In this document: positions 13,915 through 27,509 of the stretch, in pieces
Position numbering within the stretch: position 1 is the first letter of the stretch
How the letters are laid out: each line of letters starts with the position of its first letter
NCBI GenBank assembly: GCA_013265495.1
Contig: MU058650.1
Span: 89,394 to 153,393 of the forward strand
DNA length: 64,000 nt
Source: Vicugna vicugna
Taxonomy: Eukaryota
Direction of reading: 5' to 3'
Notes under the pieces: model-generated
What the model was told of the DNA's origin: nothing
Database searches by the model: none
The model's input: the letters and a program-made list of their open reading frames with translations, nothing else
Position numbers and translations under genes: made by a program

Positions 13915-14125
13915 GTGTATTTTATTCCCCTTTTTAAGATTTGTCATATTAGATTTAGTCTATTGTTTCAGCCTGCTAAACTGCTTGATAATCTTGATCT
14001 TGCTATGCAGTACACTCACTACCTCACTCAGCTCTGAGTTACTTGATAAGAATTCTATTTATACATGCATTCAGATTATCTAACAAAATTGCCGAGTCTG
14101 TAGGGCGATAGGCTAAGGACCTAGC
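13915..14125 (-). mobile_element. L3/CR1 LINE reverse-transcriptase fragment (ancient)
   Basis: tattgtttcagcctgctaaactgcttgataatcttgatcttgctatgcagtacactcactacctcactcagct...ttgataag resembles antisense CR1/L3 RT as recalled; highly diverged. Confidence 0.45.
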
Positions 14126-16459
14126 GATGTAACCAACATGTGTACAGTACAGTAGTGAGGCTGGTTAGAAAAATGCTCTTAATTTTTTTCTTCTCTCCTT
14201 TTTTACCACTTACCATTCTCATCATAAACACTATTTATCCCTCTTTTCTCACTTGTAAACTGGAGATTTTGATAGTGCCTATTTTATAGGGACTTTGAAA
14301 ATTAAATGAAAGAATGTAGGTAAATAATGCATTATTTACTGTTTTTATAATAACTGATCTTACTATTAATGAATACAGACAACATGGAAAATATGGCACA
14401 CAGGGAAATCATGATTATAGCAGAAGGCAAGTAGCCAAACTAGTTTATAAGAGCCCAGTTTGTTTTTATTTTCATGTGAGTTTTATGGGACTTGCACAGC
14501 CAACAGAAGTCATTCCCTCCCTAGCTCATTGGACATGAAAAGTCAAAGAATAGAGAAAAGAAATTGGCTACTACCTTTTTGCCAAGCTTCTTTGTTACCT
14601 GAATTAACAATCTTTCTTTAGCTAATTTGGCAAACAATCTGGATCCCAATTCTCTGAGGTCAGTGTTGTGTCTTCATTCACAGGGTTAGCCTATTCTATG
14701 GACTATTTCTGTCAAAACTGTCATTTTGGATTTTGCCTAACCATGCAACAGAGCATGACTGCAATGTGAATGATGCCTTCAATTTACAACTAGATTAGCT
14801 GCCTTTCCTTTATCTACCAGAGGGAGGAAAATTATTTTGTCACTTGAATAATGTGAACACCTAGTTATTTATCTGTTATTTAAGTTATTATAGAAGAAAA
14901 ATCTACAAGGAATGCTAACATAATAGGTATCTAAGAGATTATTGTAGAAATTTTAATGTTTCCATATTAATATTATTTTAAACTAATATACAATCCCCAG
15001 ATATATGGAGTCTATAAATATGTGAATTAGAATGGAAAATTAATCTCTTTCTCTCTCTTATTCAATATAGCAGCTAAAGAAAAACATTCAGTCTTTTGCA
15101 TACTATATTCTAATTTATTCTACAACATTCCAACAAATTAATAAATTAAATAATCCAACCATACAACCCAATTGAATATAGCATGCAGAGGACAATAATT
15201 ACTGTGAATAAAGGAATCAGTCATTTATCATCTATATGTCAGATTATACACATATACAGAAAGAGAGAAAAAGAGAGAGCCCATACGTTGTTGAGTCATC
15301 ATAGCATGAGATAACTTTTATATGTTTCTAATTATAAATGAGAAACCTGTGACTTGTGGACTATAAGTAATTTGCCCAAATCAAAGATTTAAGATGTTTA
15401 TCTGAATTTAAAGCTTGCATATTATCCATGAAAACATGATACTTCTGTGACTTTCTTTTACAGTCCTCTCAAACAATATTTATTAGAATGTAGTAAAATC
15501 TCCTTAAATTTTTCTCTTTCTTTTACCAGTGGTAATAGGAATTGGAATAATTATAAAAATAGGAGGTGGGGTGGAACAGCAGACTAAATTTGCCAAGAAC
15601 TCACCTGCTACAAAATACCCACATCTAGCATAAAATATATTTTATTGTTTTGCTGGACCCTAGATGTAAGGGAGATTGCAGATGGGCTGATAAACAAAAC
15701 AGGAAGTTAAATCTTGAACAATAAGCTCTAAATCAGGTTTTCCTCTGAAGGTAAATACTGGTAACACTGTAATCAAGAGACTAAGCTTTGAGTTAGCTAC
15801 AAAGTTAGTGAACTGAAACTGAGCCTCCTGAAATGAACTCAAAAGAATAATAAAATAGCCCAAGCCTGTAGAAAAACCAAGCTTAACAAGGAAACCAAAA
15901 TAAATCCCCCCTAGAAGAAAGCATCATAACTTTAGTCCTTCCGGTTTTCCATAGATTACTATGTATGTCCCTCAAATCACATTTACCATAGCCACAGGTA
16001 ATAAACTGCCATGAATGACAGCCAGCAGGAAAAAAAGCAAACAATAAATGCAGATCTTCAAAGAATTTATATATTAGAATTTTCAAACAGATTATACAAA
16101 ATAATTCTGTATAAAATACTTGGAGAAATAAAAAATTTACAAGAAAGAGTTTGCAAAAACAAATGATCAAAACCAACACCTGACATATCTGAAAAGCACA
16201 AAATAGAACATTCATCATGAAATATAATTGACAAAATTAAAACTATATAAATGAGTTGGGTCAGATATGGCTGGAGAGAAAAATTAGCAAACTGAAAAAC
16301 AGATATGAAGCAGTAGCACAAAATACAACAGAGAGAGGTGAGACAAGAACCATCAAAAAGATTAACATATGTGGAGGATAGAATAGGAGTTATGCTCAAT
16401 TGTAGTTACAGAAGGAGAGGATGGTGAGAGTAGAAGAGAGACAGCGTGTTCAGAGATGT

Positions 16460-16760
16460 TGTATATTATTAGCCTTGTCTATGTTGTGATAAAACAACCT
16501 CCACATCTTAGTGGCTTAATACAACAAAAATTAGTTATTAGCCAAGGTGTTACTCCCAGTTATCTGTTCTTTATTCAATGAGTCAACAATCTAAGCTGCT
16601 TTGATCTTGACACACTCTCTCTCTGCCATCTTGACCCAAAGTCTCCACGTTTACCTTGGAAAGGGAAGAAAGGAATGAAGGCTTTTTATTGTCTCAGCTG
16701 AGAATGACATCTCTTCCACTCACCTATCCTTGGCCAAAACAGTCTCAAGACCCTTACAAA
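16460..16760 (-). mobile_element. MLT1-type MaLR LTR fragment within the old L1
   Basis: tgtgataaaacaacctccacatcttagtggcttaatacaacaaa...cttccactcacctatccttggccaaaac. Confidence 0.6.
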
Positions 16761-16977
16761 AGTATGGCAATTAAACTGAAAACAGATTTCTCACTAGCAA
16801 CAATAAAAGTCAGCAGGAAGTGAAATAATACATTTGAAGGAATGAGGGAAGATAACTTTCAACTTAGAATTGTCTTCCAGAAAAAAATCAAGATGGAAGA
16901 CAGACTAAATATATTTTCAGATGAGATGAATATATGTATATATCTGTATTTCATAATATCATGTATGTTTCATATAT

Positions 16978-17002
16978 TCTCTCTCTCTCTCTCTCTCTCT
17001 CT
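16978..17002. repeat. (CT)n microsatellite
   Basis: Read directly from the sequence. Confidence 0.95.
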
Positions 17003-18836
17003 ACATATAAAGTTTACTGTAAGTAAGACTACCCCAAAGGACTTGGAAAATCATTTATTTCAGTAAGAGAATAAATGATCTCAGGAGGAAGGTCCATTAT
17101 TTGTGAAAAAATTGAGAAATATGTAATTAAACCCAAACAAATGATTTTAAATAAAATAATATGAATATGTAACTTGAGGAATTTGAAAAAAGAACAGAAC
17201 TAAATTATTACACAAAAATGCATATAAATGTTAGAGGATTGATCTGAATGAGGTGGTATGAATTTCCTTACATTGTTTAGGGGTAAGAATTATGATATTA
17301 ACTTTAGACATTAATTTGAAATGTATAGTAAAACTCTAGAATAATTACCAAAAGAATAGAAAGACAGGATATAATTTTCAAACTAGTAAAATAAAATAGT
17401 GAACTAAGAAAAATAAAGAAATCAACAGAGAACTCAAAATAGCTAAAAAGAAGAAAAAACAGAAAACAGAAGAAAAAACATGAAGCATTTATTGGATAAC
17501 CCCTCCAACCCTTCAAAATCCCAGGTACATCCAATTATAAGTACTTATGAAAACATATAGGTAATAAAGGGATGGAAATATCACATTGGTCTTAAGTATT
17601 AACTGAAAGAAACTTGAGCTCTGTTAAGTTCAGACAAAATTTTTATTAAGATAAAAAAGGGAATTTTAGGTAACAAAAATGTTATTGCATAATGCTAAAA
17701 ATTTCTATTGGATCAGGAAGATGAAACTAGTATCTGTGTGTGTGTGTGTGTGTATAGATAGGTAGGTAGATAGATATTATGTATGTATATCTAAAGTAAC
17801 AACATAAAAAACATAAATACAAAACCAAAAGCATGTTCTTTGAAAACACTAATAGAATAATTTAACCTCTGTTGAGATTATGAATGAAAGGAAAAAAAGG
17901 CACAGAAAATTGTTATTACCACAGATTCAGTGGGTTCTAAAAAGACAAAAATATAATACAAATAACTTTATGTCAATGAAGTTTATGTAGACAAATTACT
18001 AGGGAAAGCAGAACTTACTGATGGTTATTCAAGAAGAAATAGGCTTAGTCACCAATAAAGTAATCAAATAACTAGTTTAAAATCCTCCCACAAAGAACCA
18101 GCCAGCCCACATGGTATTCTAGCTAACTTTTATGAAATAGATAAATTTAATCCTCCACAAAACATTTCACAAAAAAGAAAAAATTACAATTTCCTATTCA
18201 TTTTAATATACATGTTTATATAGTTATATTATATATAAATATTATAATATTTATAACAAAACATTTAAAGTGTGACAAATAGAAATGGTCAGAAATGGCA
18301 TTAATACCGACCAACTTTCTAAAGTATTAGCAAATCAAGCAATATAAATATAATTCATTATGAGTAAGCTGGGCTGATTCTGGGAATAACTTGGGTTTAA
18401 CACTAAAATTGTTTAAAGAAAAAAATGATTTGATTATCTCAAGAGATACAGCAAAAGTGTTTTATAAAATTCAGTTTCTTATGTTTTTAAAAAGTATAAC
18501 AAACATCCATTCCTAACATATGAAATGTGAGAAGAATTCTTGCTATCACTGCTTTTAGTCAACATTTTCCTGGAAGTACCAGAGGTATTATAGTAGCTAG
18601 TGAGGTGAGATGATAAAAATGAAGTAAACAGATATTTCATTAATCAAAATATGATTATCCACATTGAAAAGCCCCAAACTTCTACAGACAAATCATTAAA
18701 AATTGTAAAAGAGGTTGACAAGCTGATTGGTTCTGAAATCAATTACTTAAATCCATTTTATTTCTATATACAATAAAGAGATTTTTTAAAATAATTTTTA
18801 AAATATATCATTTATAGTTGCATTAAAAACAGAAAG

Positions 18837-20285
18837 TTCTATAGAAAATTGTCTATTCAGTTCTTCTCATTTTTAAATTCAGGTTGTTTGGTTTTTTGAT
18901 GCTGAGTTGTATTAGCTGTTTATATTTGTTGGATATTAATCCCTTATTTGTCATATAATTTGCAAATATTTTCTCCCATTCAGTAAATTGTCTTTTTGTT
19001 TTGTCAGTGGTTTCCTTTGCTGTGCAGAAGTTAAGTTTAATTAGGTTCAATTTGTTTATTTTTATTTTTATCTCCTTTACTTTAGGCGATGGATCCAAAA
19101 ATATTGCTACAATATATGTCAAAGAGTGTTCTGCCTGTGTTTTTCTCTGGGAGATTTACAGTATCCGGTCTTACATTTAGTTCTTTAATCCATTTTGAGT
19201 TTATTTTTGTACATTGTGTTAGAGAATGTTCTAATTTCATTCTTTTATAAGTAGCTGTTCAGTTTTCCCAGCACCACATATAGAAGAAACTGTCTTTTCT
19301 GCATTGTATATTCTTGTCTCCTTTGTCGTAAATTAACTGACCATAAGTGTATGGGTTTATTTCTGGGCTCTCTATTCTCTTCTATTTATCTATGGTGTCT
19401 GCTTTTGTGCCAGTACCATACTGTTTTGATTACCATAGCTTTGTAGTATAATCTGATGTTAGTGCAGTTCCTTCAAATGACCAACAGGCATATGGAAAGA
19501 TGTTCAACATTGCTAATCATTAGGAAAATGCAAATCAAACCCAAAATGAGATATCACCTCACACCGGTCAGAATGGCTATCATCAAAAAGAACACAAATA
19601 ACAAATGTTGGTGAGGATGTTGAGAAAAGGGAAGCCTCATACACTGTTGGTGGGAATGTAAATTGGTGCAGCCACTGTGGAAAACAATATGTAAGTTCCT
19701 CAAAAAACTAAAAATAGAACTACCATATGACCCAGCAATTCCATTCCTAGGTATATATTTGAAAAAACCAAAAACATTAATTTGAAAAGATACATGTACC
19801 CCACTGTTTACAGTGGCATTCCTTACAATTGCCAAGATATATAAAATAACCTAAGTGTTTGTCATCAGGTGAATGGATAAAGAAGATACACACACACACA
19901 ACAGAATACTACTCAGCCATAGAAAAGAACAATGTTTTGCCACTTGAAGCAACATGGATGGAACTGGAGGGCGTTAAGCTAAGTGAAATGTCAGACAGAG
20001 ATGACAAATACTCTATGATATCACAGATGTGGTATCAAAAAATACAACTAGTGACTGTAACAAAAAAGAAGCAGACTCACAGATACAGAAAACAAACTAG
20101 TGATTAGCAGTGGGAAGAGAAAAGGAGGGCGATATAAGAGTTGGGAAGTGGGAGGTACAAACTCTTGTGTGCAAGACAGGCTCAAGGATGTTTTGTACAA
20201 CATGGGGAATACAGCCAATATTTTATAATAACTGTAAATGGAGTGAAACTTTAAAAATTGTATAAAAATTTGAAAAATTAATTTG
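18837..20285 (+). mobile_element. 5'-inverted LINE-1 inserted in the older L1
   Basis: 18837-19465 is antisense ORF2 (ORF track [27 protein letters not shown]); ~19470-20285 is sense ORF2 C-terminus, 3'UTR and A-rich tail. Confidence 0.88.
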
Positions 20286-21824
20286 AAAAGTAAGATTCCA
20301 GGAATAAATCTAGGAAAAGATGATAAAGACTGTTGGTCATGAAACTTTCAAGCTTTGTTTAATGACTCTGAAGAAGAGCTAAATGAATGCAGTTTTTCTA
20401 TCTTAATGAATAGGGCATTTGGTCTAGCTACACTTTTAATTGTTTTGGCAAATTAAATTATCCCTGGTAATCTTCCAGTTCATATAGCCTTTAAATTTAT
20501 TTGCATTGAATTATGAAAAGTAGCCTCTTGATTTAAATTTTTTCTCTATTTGGGTTATTTTTTATGCTTTTCATATATTATATCTGAAAATACAGAAGAG
20601 TAATAAGAAATCAATCATCTGTATTATCACTGAAAAAATGATCATCAATGTTAGCATTTTAGAGTACTTCCAGTTTTTTAAAAAAGCATACTTTGCAATC
20701 ATCATTTCAGTGTGCCTTACAACAGCATGAAATTGCCTTGGGGGCGTCCATATAGAAATTCTAGGTGTGTCATGGAAATCAGATTCCTGTTTCCTTTGCA
20801 GTCTCAATCTTCCACATGCATCCTACTCTCTGGACATATTCAGATCACTGAAAAATATTTTTCACAAAGTCAGTGATATACTTGGTTAAAGTTTTAAAAG
20901 TACGTCCTTTTCCCATCCAAATGAAGTGGAAAATTCATCTGTTATTAAACAAACTTGGCAGAGTTTGCTCATTAGTCCATAGATTAATGCTTACGCTAAA
21001 CTTTTCCCACATTGGTGACTGAAAAGAGAATGGAAAGAGTATAGTGAACCAATTTAAGTAAATTCAGAGCAGACATTTTTTGCTGATGAAGAAAAGGTAT
21101 TTACTTAGAAGGAAGTGAACCTCAAATTTAAAACTGACTTTTTTTTTTCAAATAATGAAAGGAAGATAAAACTAACTTATTATAAAACAATATGAAAGAA
21201 GCCCTTTGTATTACATTTACAATGAACAGATTTGACTTTTTCCACCAAAAGGAAAGATGTTTCAAAATTAGACTGGGCAACACCATCTGAATCAATGATG
21301 TATTTGCCAAAAGAAAAGACCTCTTCCAGCAATTACACATTCAGTGTTTATGGAAGGAGCACTTCCCCAGCTCAAGCATATTTTTCACACTAAAGAAAAC
21401 AAAACAAAACAAAAGGCCCTTATAATCTTTGTCTTTCTTTTAAGAACTTTGACAAATTAAACTGGAAGAGAAAATAATCACCATGGGCATCCTTCATTGT
21501 TAAAACTTCACATATGTCCATTTTAAAGCACTGCTGTTAGACAAGCATTGTTACAACTTTAATGTGCACAAATGAAAATCTTCAGCATTGACTGCGTGAC
21601 TGCATGGACACTTCTGCCTGGCTAGTGCACGTTGAAAACTATGCCCCTGGTGGCCAGGGCTCTAATGCATAATCATAGCAGCGCTTACACCAGCAATGTT
21701 CTTGCTTTAATTCCTAAACAATTGTAAATGGGTTTAGTGATTCCTAACACAGGCTTAGAGGGTGACCAAGAACATGTATATGGAAATCAGATAATAATAA
21801 CAGTAGTATTAATGGTATTAAGGA

Positions 21825-22065
21825 CAGTGACATTTATTTAATGGCATATTTCTATATGTCAGGTACTCTGCTAAGCATTTAACTATATTATCCCATTTAA
21901 TCTTTGTAAATCCCTTATAAAGTAAATATAATCTTTCCCATTTTATATTTGACAAAAATTGAAGCTCAGAGTGGCTGAGTAACTTGCGCTAGGTCATGTA
22001 GCTAGTCCTTGGCTGAGGATTCAAAAACATACATGTTCACTACGAAGCTGTGCTCCAACCTCTAT
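21825..22065 (-). mobile_element. MIR SINE
   Basis: tatgtcaggtactctgctaagcattt...cccattttatat...tgaagctcagagtggctgagtaacttgcgctaggtca. Confidence 0.8.
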
Positions 22066-22224
22066 GGAGCACTCGGTTTTAAAATATACACCTAGACAAA
22101 TAATCAGAGAAATATGAAAACTGGCATGGAAAAATATCAAAGACATAACATTTTTCAAAGATGGGTTCAATTCCAGACTGTATAGTTCAAAGCCAGAAAC
22201 ATAGCTTTACTGAGGTGGGTTATT

Positions 22225-22412
22225 TCTTTCTCTCCTATCTATTTATCTATCTATCTCTCAATCTATATCTGTATCATATCCATCTCTTTCTCTCTCTATT
22301 ATTTATATCTATCACGTACATGTATCTATCAATCCATTTATATCTATTACTGACCTGTCTGTTTGTATGTCTGTCATTGATTAATCACCTACCCACCTAC
22401 CTACCCACCTAT
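22225..22412. repeat. Degenerate (TCTA)n/(CCTA)n simple repeat
   Basis: Runs such as tatctatctatc and cacctacccacctacctacc. Confidence 0.8.
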
Positions 22413-22439
22413 TTTTGCTTCCTCAGCATCTCTTTCCCT

Positions 22440-22867
22440 TCTTTAGTACACAAACCCCTGCACAGATGTGTTAGGAAGCCTGGACAGAGTACTCCATTCT
22501 CTTAGCACAGTGGTTGGACCTGTGATGGGCATATGATCCAAGCAGAGCCAGTAAGAGTCCTTTTGGTAGTATTAACCTGTACTCACAGAGTAGGGGAAAA
22601 AAACCCTGAGTCTTTGGAGAGCATAAGTGCTAAAGGCTACATAAATCTGGAGCCACCCTGAGCCAGCTTTGCTGCTCTGGGAGAAAGCCTGTTTAGGCAT
22701 GAGGCCAACAGAGACTGGAACAGGCCTCAGGAAGTAGGTCTCGTGATAGCGTCTGAATCTTGAGAGCTAGCTGTGTTAGGAGCTCATGACACCTCTTAGA
22801 GATCCCTGTAAGATGAGTTGAAAATACCTTTTTACTTTAACTTAAGATAGTTTGAGTTGGGTTTCTG
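22440..22867 (+). mobile_element. MLT1-type MaLR LTR, 3'-truncated
   Basis: gatgggcatatgatccaagcagagccagtaagagtcc...cttaagatagtttgagttgggtttctg; stops before the usual MLT1 terminus. Confidence 0.7.
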
Positions 22868-24190
22868 AAGTGCTTTTGAATTACTTGAACAAGTTTGAAA
22901 GTAATTTCAGTAAAAGTGGGTTTTGTGGGTCATTTCTGAAGAATCAGCTTAAGTACATTTAAACCATGTACTTTGACATTTCACTGAAGATTTCCAACTC
23001 TTTCCTAGATCCAGTTTTGTGCATGTGGAGGCTGCTATTGCTCTCTGAATCACCAGTACCCAATCCTTCTGGAAAATATGAACAATGTAGACTATCCATA
23101 AGCAACCTGGGGGCCTTTTAATGAAAGTGAATGTATATGTTGAGCTAACAGGTGATATTCTATCAATATGCTGAAGAACACAGAAGAAATACTATAAAAT
23201 TAACTTGCTGTTGTCCCAAATGCCATGCCATCAGGATATCAAGCATTGAATTCTGAACTACAAATGCATTTTGAGCAAATTTACTCAAAATATGTTTAAA
23301 CTTGCTCTAGCTGTCTATTACCACACAACCCTTGTTTTAATTCTTTCAGGCTGCTCTAATAGTGTTTTAAAAACACCCATTCTGGAGTTCTCAGGAGTGG
23401 CATTCCTCTATATGTGATGTTCACCCAAGGAATTTATTCTGATGTACAACATATTACTTGATAATTAACTGATATTTCTGCTTAGTAAATGTCTTTATCA
23501 GTATGATTTAAATAAATTTTAACATTTTACTGGCCTATTCTGCAGCCTTGGCTGCTGTGATATTAATAATGTTTTTCTAATCATTTGTACATGAATATGC
23601 TAGTTGAAGAAAAAGTATGTCCCTCCTACAGACTTTCTGTAGTATTTGCTGTCACCGTGAAAACAGTTATTCTACCCTAAGTGGAAATTAGATCTGCATA
23701 ATTATGAGAAGATTCATGTGAAAATCTCAATGAAATATGTAAGAAAGACTTCTTTTGAATGTTGATTTTAACGAGATACACAAATATTGAGACTGTTTAG
23801 TAATTAAATAAGAGAAATGAAAACATCATGAATAGTGCTTGACAATAATTTTTCTTGGATGCAAGTACAGTGATTTAAGAAGGGAGTTAATTTTAAGATG
23901 TTTTGAAAAAGACTTTTTTTTTTGTAAGTCAAATTAGGATAAGTTGGCTCATTTACTTAAAATCAAGAAAATGTTTTCTATGCAAGAAAGGTGCTTTCTT
24001 TAAAGGAGAAGCCAAATAGGAGTCATCACTGGTGAAATTTAAGAATCAAACTATCAATTATGATTATTTATGAAAATTACTTATTTAATGATTGCGACCG
24101 AAGTGCTTTTGAATTACTTGAACAAGTTTGAAAGTAATTTCAGTGAAAGTGGGTTTTGTGGGTCATTTCTGAAGAATCAACTTAAGAACA
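22867..24190 (+). repeat. Pair of 91-bp direct repeats (22867-22957 and 24100-24190)
   Basis: gaagtgcttttgaattacttgaacaagtttgaaagtaatttcagt(a/g)aaagtgggttttgtgggtcatttctgaagaatca(g/a)cttaag(t/a)aca; 88/91 identical by manual alignment. Confidence 0.95.
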
Positions 24191-25399
24191 ATAAAGACAA
24201 GATGAAAATACAAATCAGGCAGAAGAACATGTGGAATTCAGGCAGGAGACAGAAATTGTTCTTGAAAAATCCTTCAGCTTTTATTAATCTCACTGGGTTT
24301 CAATCTTCCGAAGTTGATAGAAGCTTCCTTCCTCACAGAATAGCTGAGTGGATTTCTTTTTCACAATTAGAAGAAAACACAGCCACTAAGGGCTTTCAAT
24401 TAAAGACATACAGAAGGACTATTCTTTAATATGCAAGATGGAGTAATACCATATGGTTTCTAAGTTACATAACTTTTTGCTTCTAGAATTTATCTAAGAA
24501 TCAAGACTTTTCTAATAAACCAAACAAATTTGTCTTTTTACTAATTTTTCATTTTTTTCTAGGACTTTGCTGTTCAGGGTTGAAGATAACAAAATTAATC
24601 AAGAAACGAAGCTTATATTAAAACGTTCTAGTCAGGTGTGCTCTACCACTTAGTGTCCCATTGACATTTCCATTACCTGAAATACATGGTGTTTGAGCTT
24701 TTCAAAGATTAGATGATCTATAAATAGCAATGCTATAGGAGGGAAATTGAAAAGTTAAAGGAAGTGAATGCAAAAGATGTGCAGTTGACTTGATCTGTGA
24801 GCACATTTTTATAACAGTAAATATTTCCGTGATGGTTAGCAGCTTTATTCAGGTTGTACCAGAAAGGAAAGCAATCGCTGAAAGCAGCCAAGGAGAAATT
24901 CAGAAAGTGAACTTTAAAATTAGAAATGTACATTTCTCACAAAACAGTAAAGGCAGGAATGATCTTTTCAGTGACCATGAACCATATAGACAGCCCTCCA
25001 AAATATTACATTAAACATCAATGTTTGGATGAACGTGAACCCCTCCGATTCACATCAAGACTAAAGAACACCACCTTCAACATTTCTGGGGAATTGGGAA
25101 AAATATCGTTTTGTTTTTATTTCCATGCCTCCCTATTTTCACCAACCTTTCAATTCTGATGTATAGCAGGGATAAATAAAGAAGTTTGGCTTATGAAATT
25201 GACTAAGAATTGATTTATTTTGCGCAAGTATTCTGGGTGAAAAAAAATTAAGGAATAATTTGACAATGCATTTTTTTTCCTATAGCATAGCAACGGCTCT
25301 TTAATTCTAGAAGCATTAAATCTGGGCTAACCCATCTCACATCAGTGCCTCCAGGCAAAGGTGCTTTTCTTTACACCGACCAGGCAGCCCTGTTAGGCT

Positions 25400-25697
25400 T
25401 GGTTGCCAGGGGAGGAGGGGTGGGAAGGGATAGACTGGGAGTTCAAAATTTGTAGATACTGACAGGCATATGTAGAACAGATAAACAAGATTATACTGTA
25501 TGGCACAGGGAAATGCATACAAGATCTTGTGGTAGCTCATGGTGAAAAAGTATGTGACAACGAATATACGTAAGTTCATGTATTACTGAAAAATTGTGCT
25601 CTACACCGGAAACTGACACAACATTGTAAACTGACTATAATTCAATAAAATGAAATTTTAAAAACAAATAAATAATTCAAAAATGTAAAAAAAAAAG
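25400..25697 (+). mobile_element. Short LINE-1 3'UTR insertion with A-rich tail
   Basis: ggttgccaggggaggaggggtgggaagggatagactggga...caagatcttgtggtagctca...ctgactataattcaataaaa; reverse-complement similar to 50335-50590. Confidence 0.9.
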
Positions 25698-26371
25698 ACT
25701 TGAAGCATTTAATAAATAAAACAACTAATTCCACTGAGGATGTTAGACAATATCTCCCAAAAAGGATCCTTTGAACACACACACAGGCCTAATAATGGTT
25801 GACCTGTACCTTGTTTTATCCATTGATGTGTTGTCAGTTTTCTTAAGAGCCCTAAAGGAACTGAGTATCTAAGGCAACAACAATTCATCAAATGTTTTTC
25901 TAAAGTGTGGAATTATTTTCCTATTCCTGTTTCATAAAAATGTTATAAGAGCTTTTTTACAGGAAAGCGCAACTATAGTCTACTTCTAATGATTAAACAT
26001 GAAGATGGAATGTTATGGTAAATTATCTTTAATGGTGTATCTGAATCAGGGATGTGAAATTTAGTCATAAGATGCCTATTATATTAGGCCACCTCAAGCT
26101 AAGAAGTTAACAGAATCAGAAAACATCAATTATCTATAACCAAAATGTTTTCTCTCCTGTGGAATTCACTATGCCATATTTCATTTACACTTCTATTAAG
26201 TTTTATTCCAGTATCTTTGTATTCATTTTTCATTTTGAAAAATTTTGAATCTAAAGAAAACTTTAAATAAAAATGTACACTCATATACTCCTCACATAGA
26301 CTCACTGTTAACATTTCGCTACATTTGCTTCTGTTTTCTCTCTGAATTATTTTTACTATTATTATTTTCTT

Positions 26372-26528
26372 AGGATACAGTGGTTTCATTAGGGATTGCT
26401 CATGGAATGGATACACGTAGAAGGGAAGAGAAGGAAGCAAGATTGGGCAGAAAGAGAAGGTAGGCTGTGATAAAGTCTCAGTCAACCCCATGGAAATTCT
26501 GAAGGTGGGGTGATTCTTCAGAAGTGGC
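26372..26528 (-). mobile_element. LTR33-like ERVL LTR fragment
   Basis: ggaagcaagattgggcagaaagagaaggtaggctgtgat...ccccatggaaattctgaaggtggggtgattcttcagaagt. Confidence 0.5.
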
Positions 26529-27509
26529 AAAACTGACTCTCAGAATGTACACATATATATCTCCCAGTCAGGTTCAAGTCTAATAGAAAAGTGAGTGTGC
26601 CTCTCCCAGTGGTCCTAACAAAATTCTTATTACACTCATTTGGGCTCTAACTGGATTCATGAACCAATCTATGTCCAGAAGATGTGATAATCTCATTGGT
26701 TGATCTAGAGTCACATGCTCATCCTTAGTGCCAGAAGTGACATCAACTCCACCTGAAGCATGCATACTGAAAATTGGAGAGTCTGTCATTCCTGTGGTAG
26801 AAAATCTAAGGGTGCCAGGAATGAGTGGATGCTGGACCATGAAAGCCTAAACAAATGACTGTTCTTTAATCAAATAAAAGATGTTAACATACAAACAGCT
26901 TCTGGTATGGCAGGTGCATTCTAAGAATGAAAGGCACAATGATGTGGGATGCAACGTGCATTTCAAGGTTTCTGAAACAGATGAAGATGTTTTTAAATGT
27001 TCTCTGGGAAAAAATAAATAAATATGCTAGGTAAATGGGGGGGGAATCCACTGAATGAGTCTCAAGCTGGGTTTTAAACCTTATTCATAGAGAGGCTTCT
27101 GAGCTGTTAGATTATTCTGTTTATTGATCTCAATGGTGGTTTTATAGATACATTCACTTTGCAAAAGTTCAAAAAGCTGTATGTTTATGACTTATGCCTC
27201 TTTCTGCATATATATGTTACATTTTAAGAAAAAGTTTCTTTAAAAAGTAAAAGAAAGAAAAAAGAAATCTCATGTAGCCTAAGGCATAGATAATAAGATT
27301 GCATCATTCTTTCTTCATGTCTTTTCTTTCTGTCGACTATCTTGGACACGTTACAATCTCTCTATTGCTGGGTGTTCATTGCATGAAGAACAACTTCATC
27401 AAGGGTGATTTTTATGATAATTGAGTTCCCCTACAACCACCCCCCCACTGCTAACACCTAAAATTTAGTTTTTTAAGGGTGTCATGAAGACTGTTATTAA
27501 AGCAACAGT

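Larger units (their letters stand above)
15960..20415 (+). mobile_element. Old, degenerate LINE-1 (ORF1-ORF2 remnant) carrying nested insertions
   Basis: A-rich strand with ORF1-like aacagatttctcactagcaacaataaaagtcag...ttcaacttagaatt (~16780-16870) and ORF2-like motifs to ~18835. The ORF2 sequence resumes at ~20290 (ccaggaataaatctaggaaaagatg) after a younger L1. Confidence 0.7.

Noticed and set aside
23220..23360. Possible hAT transposase C-terminal remnant (NMFKLALAV)
   Set aside because: Too short and degenerate to support without a profile search.
22867..24190. Direct repeats as a CRISPR array or retroviral LTR pair
   Set aside because: Only two 91-bp copies in mammalian DNA, no spacer array, no TG...CA ends, PBS or TSD seen.
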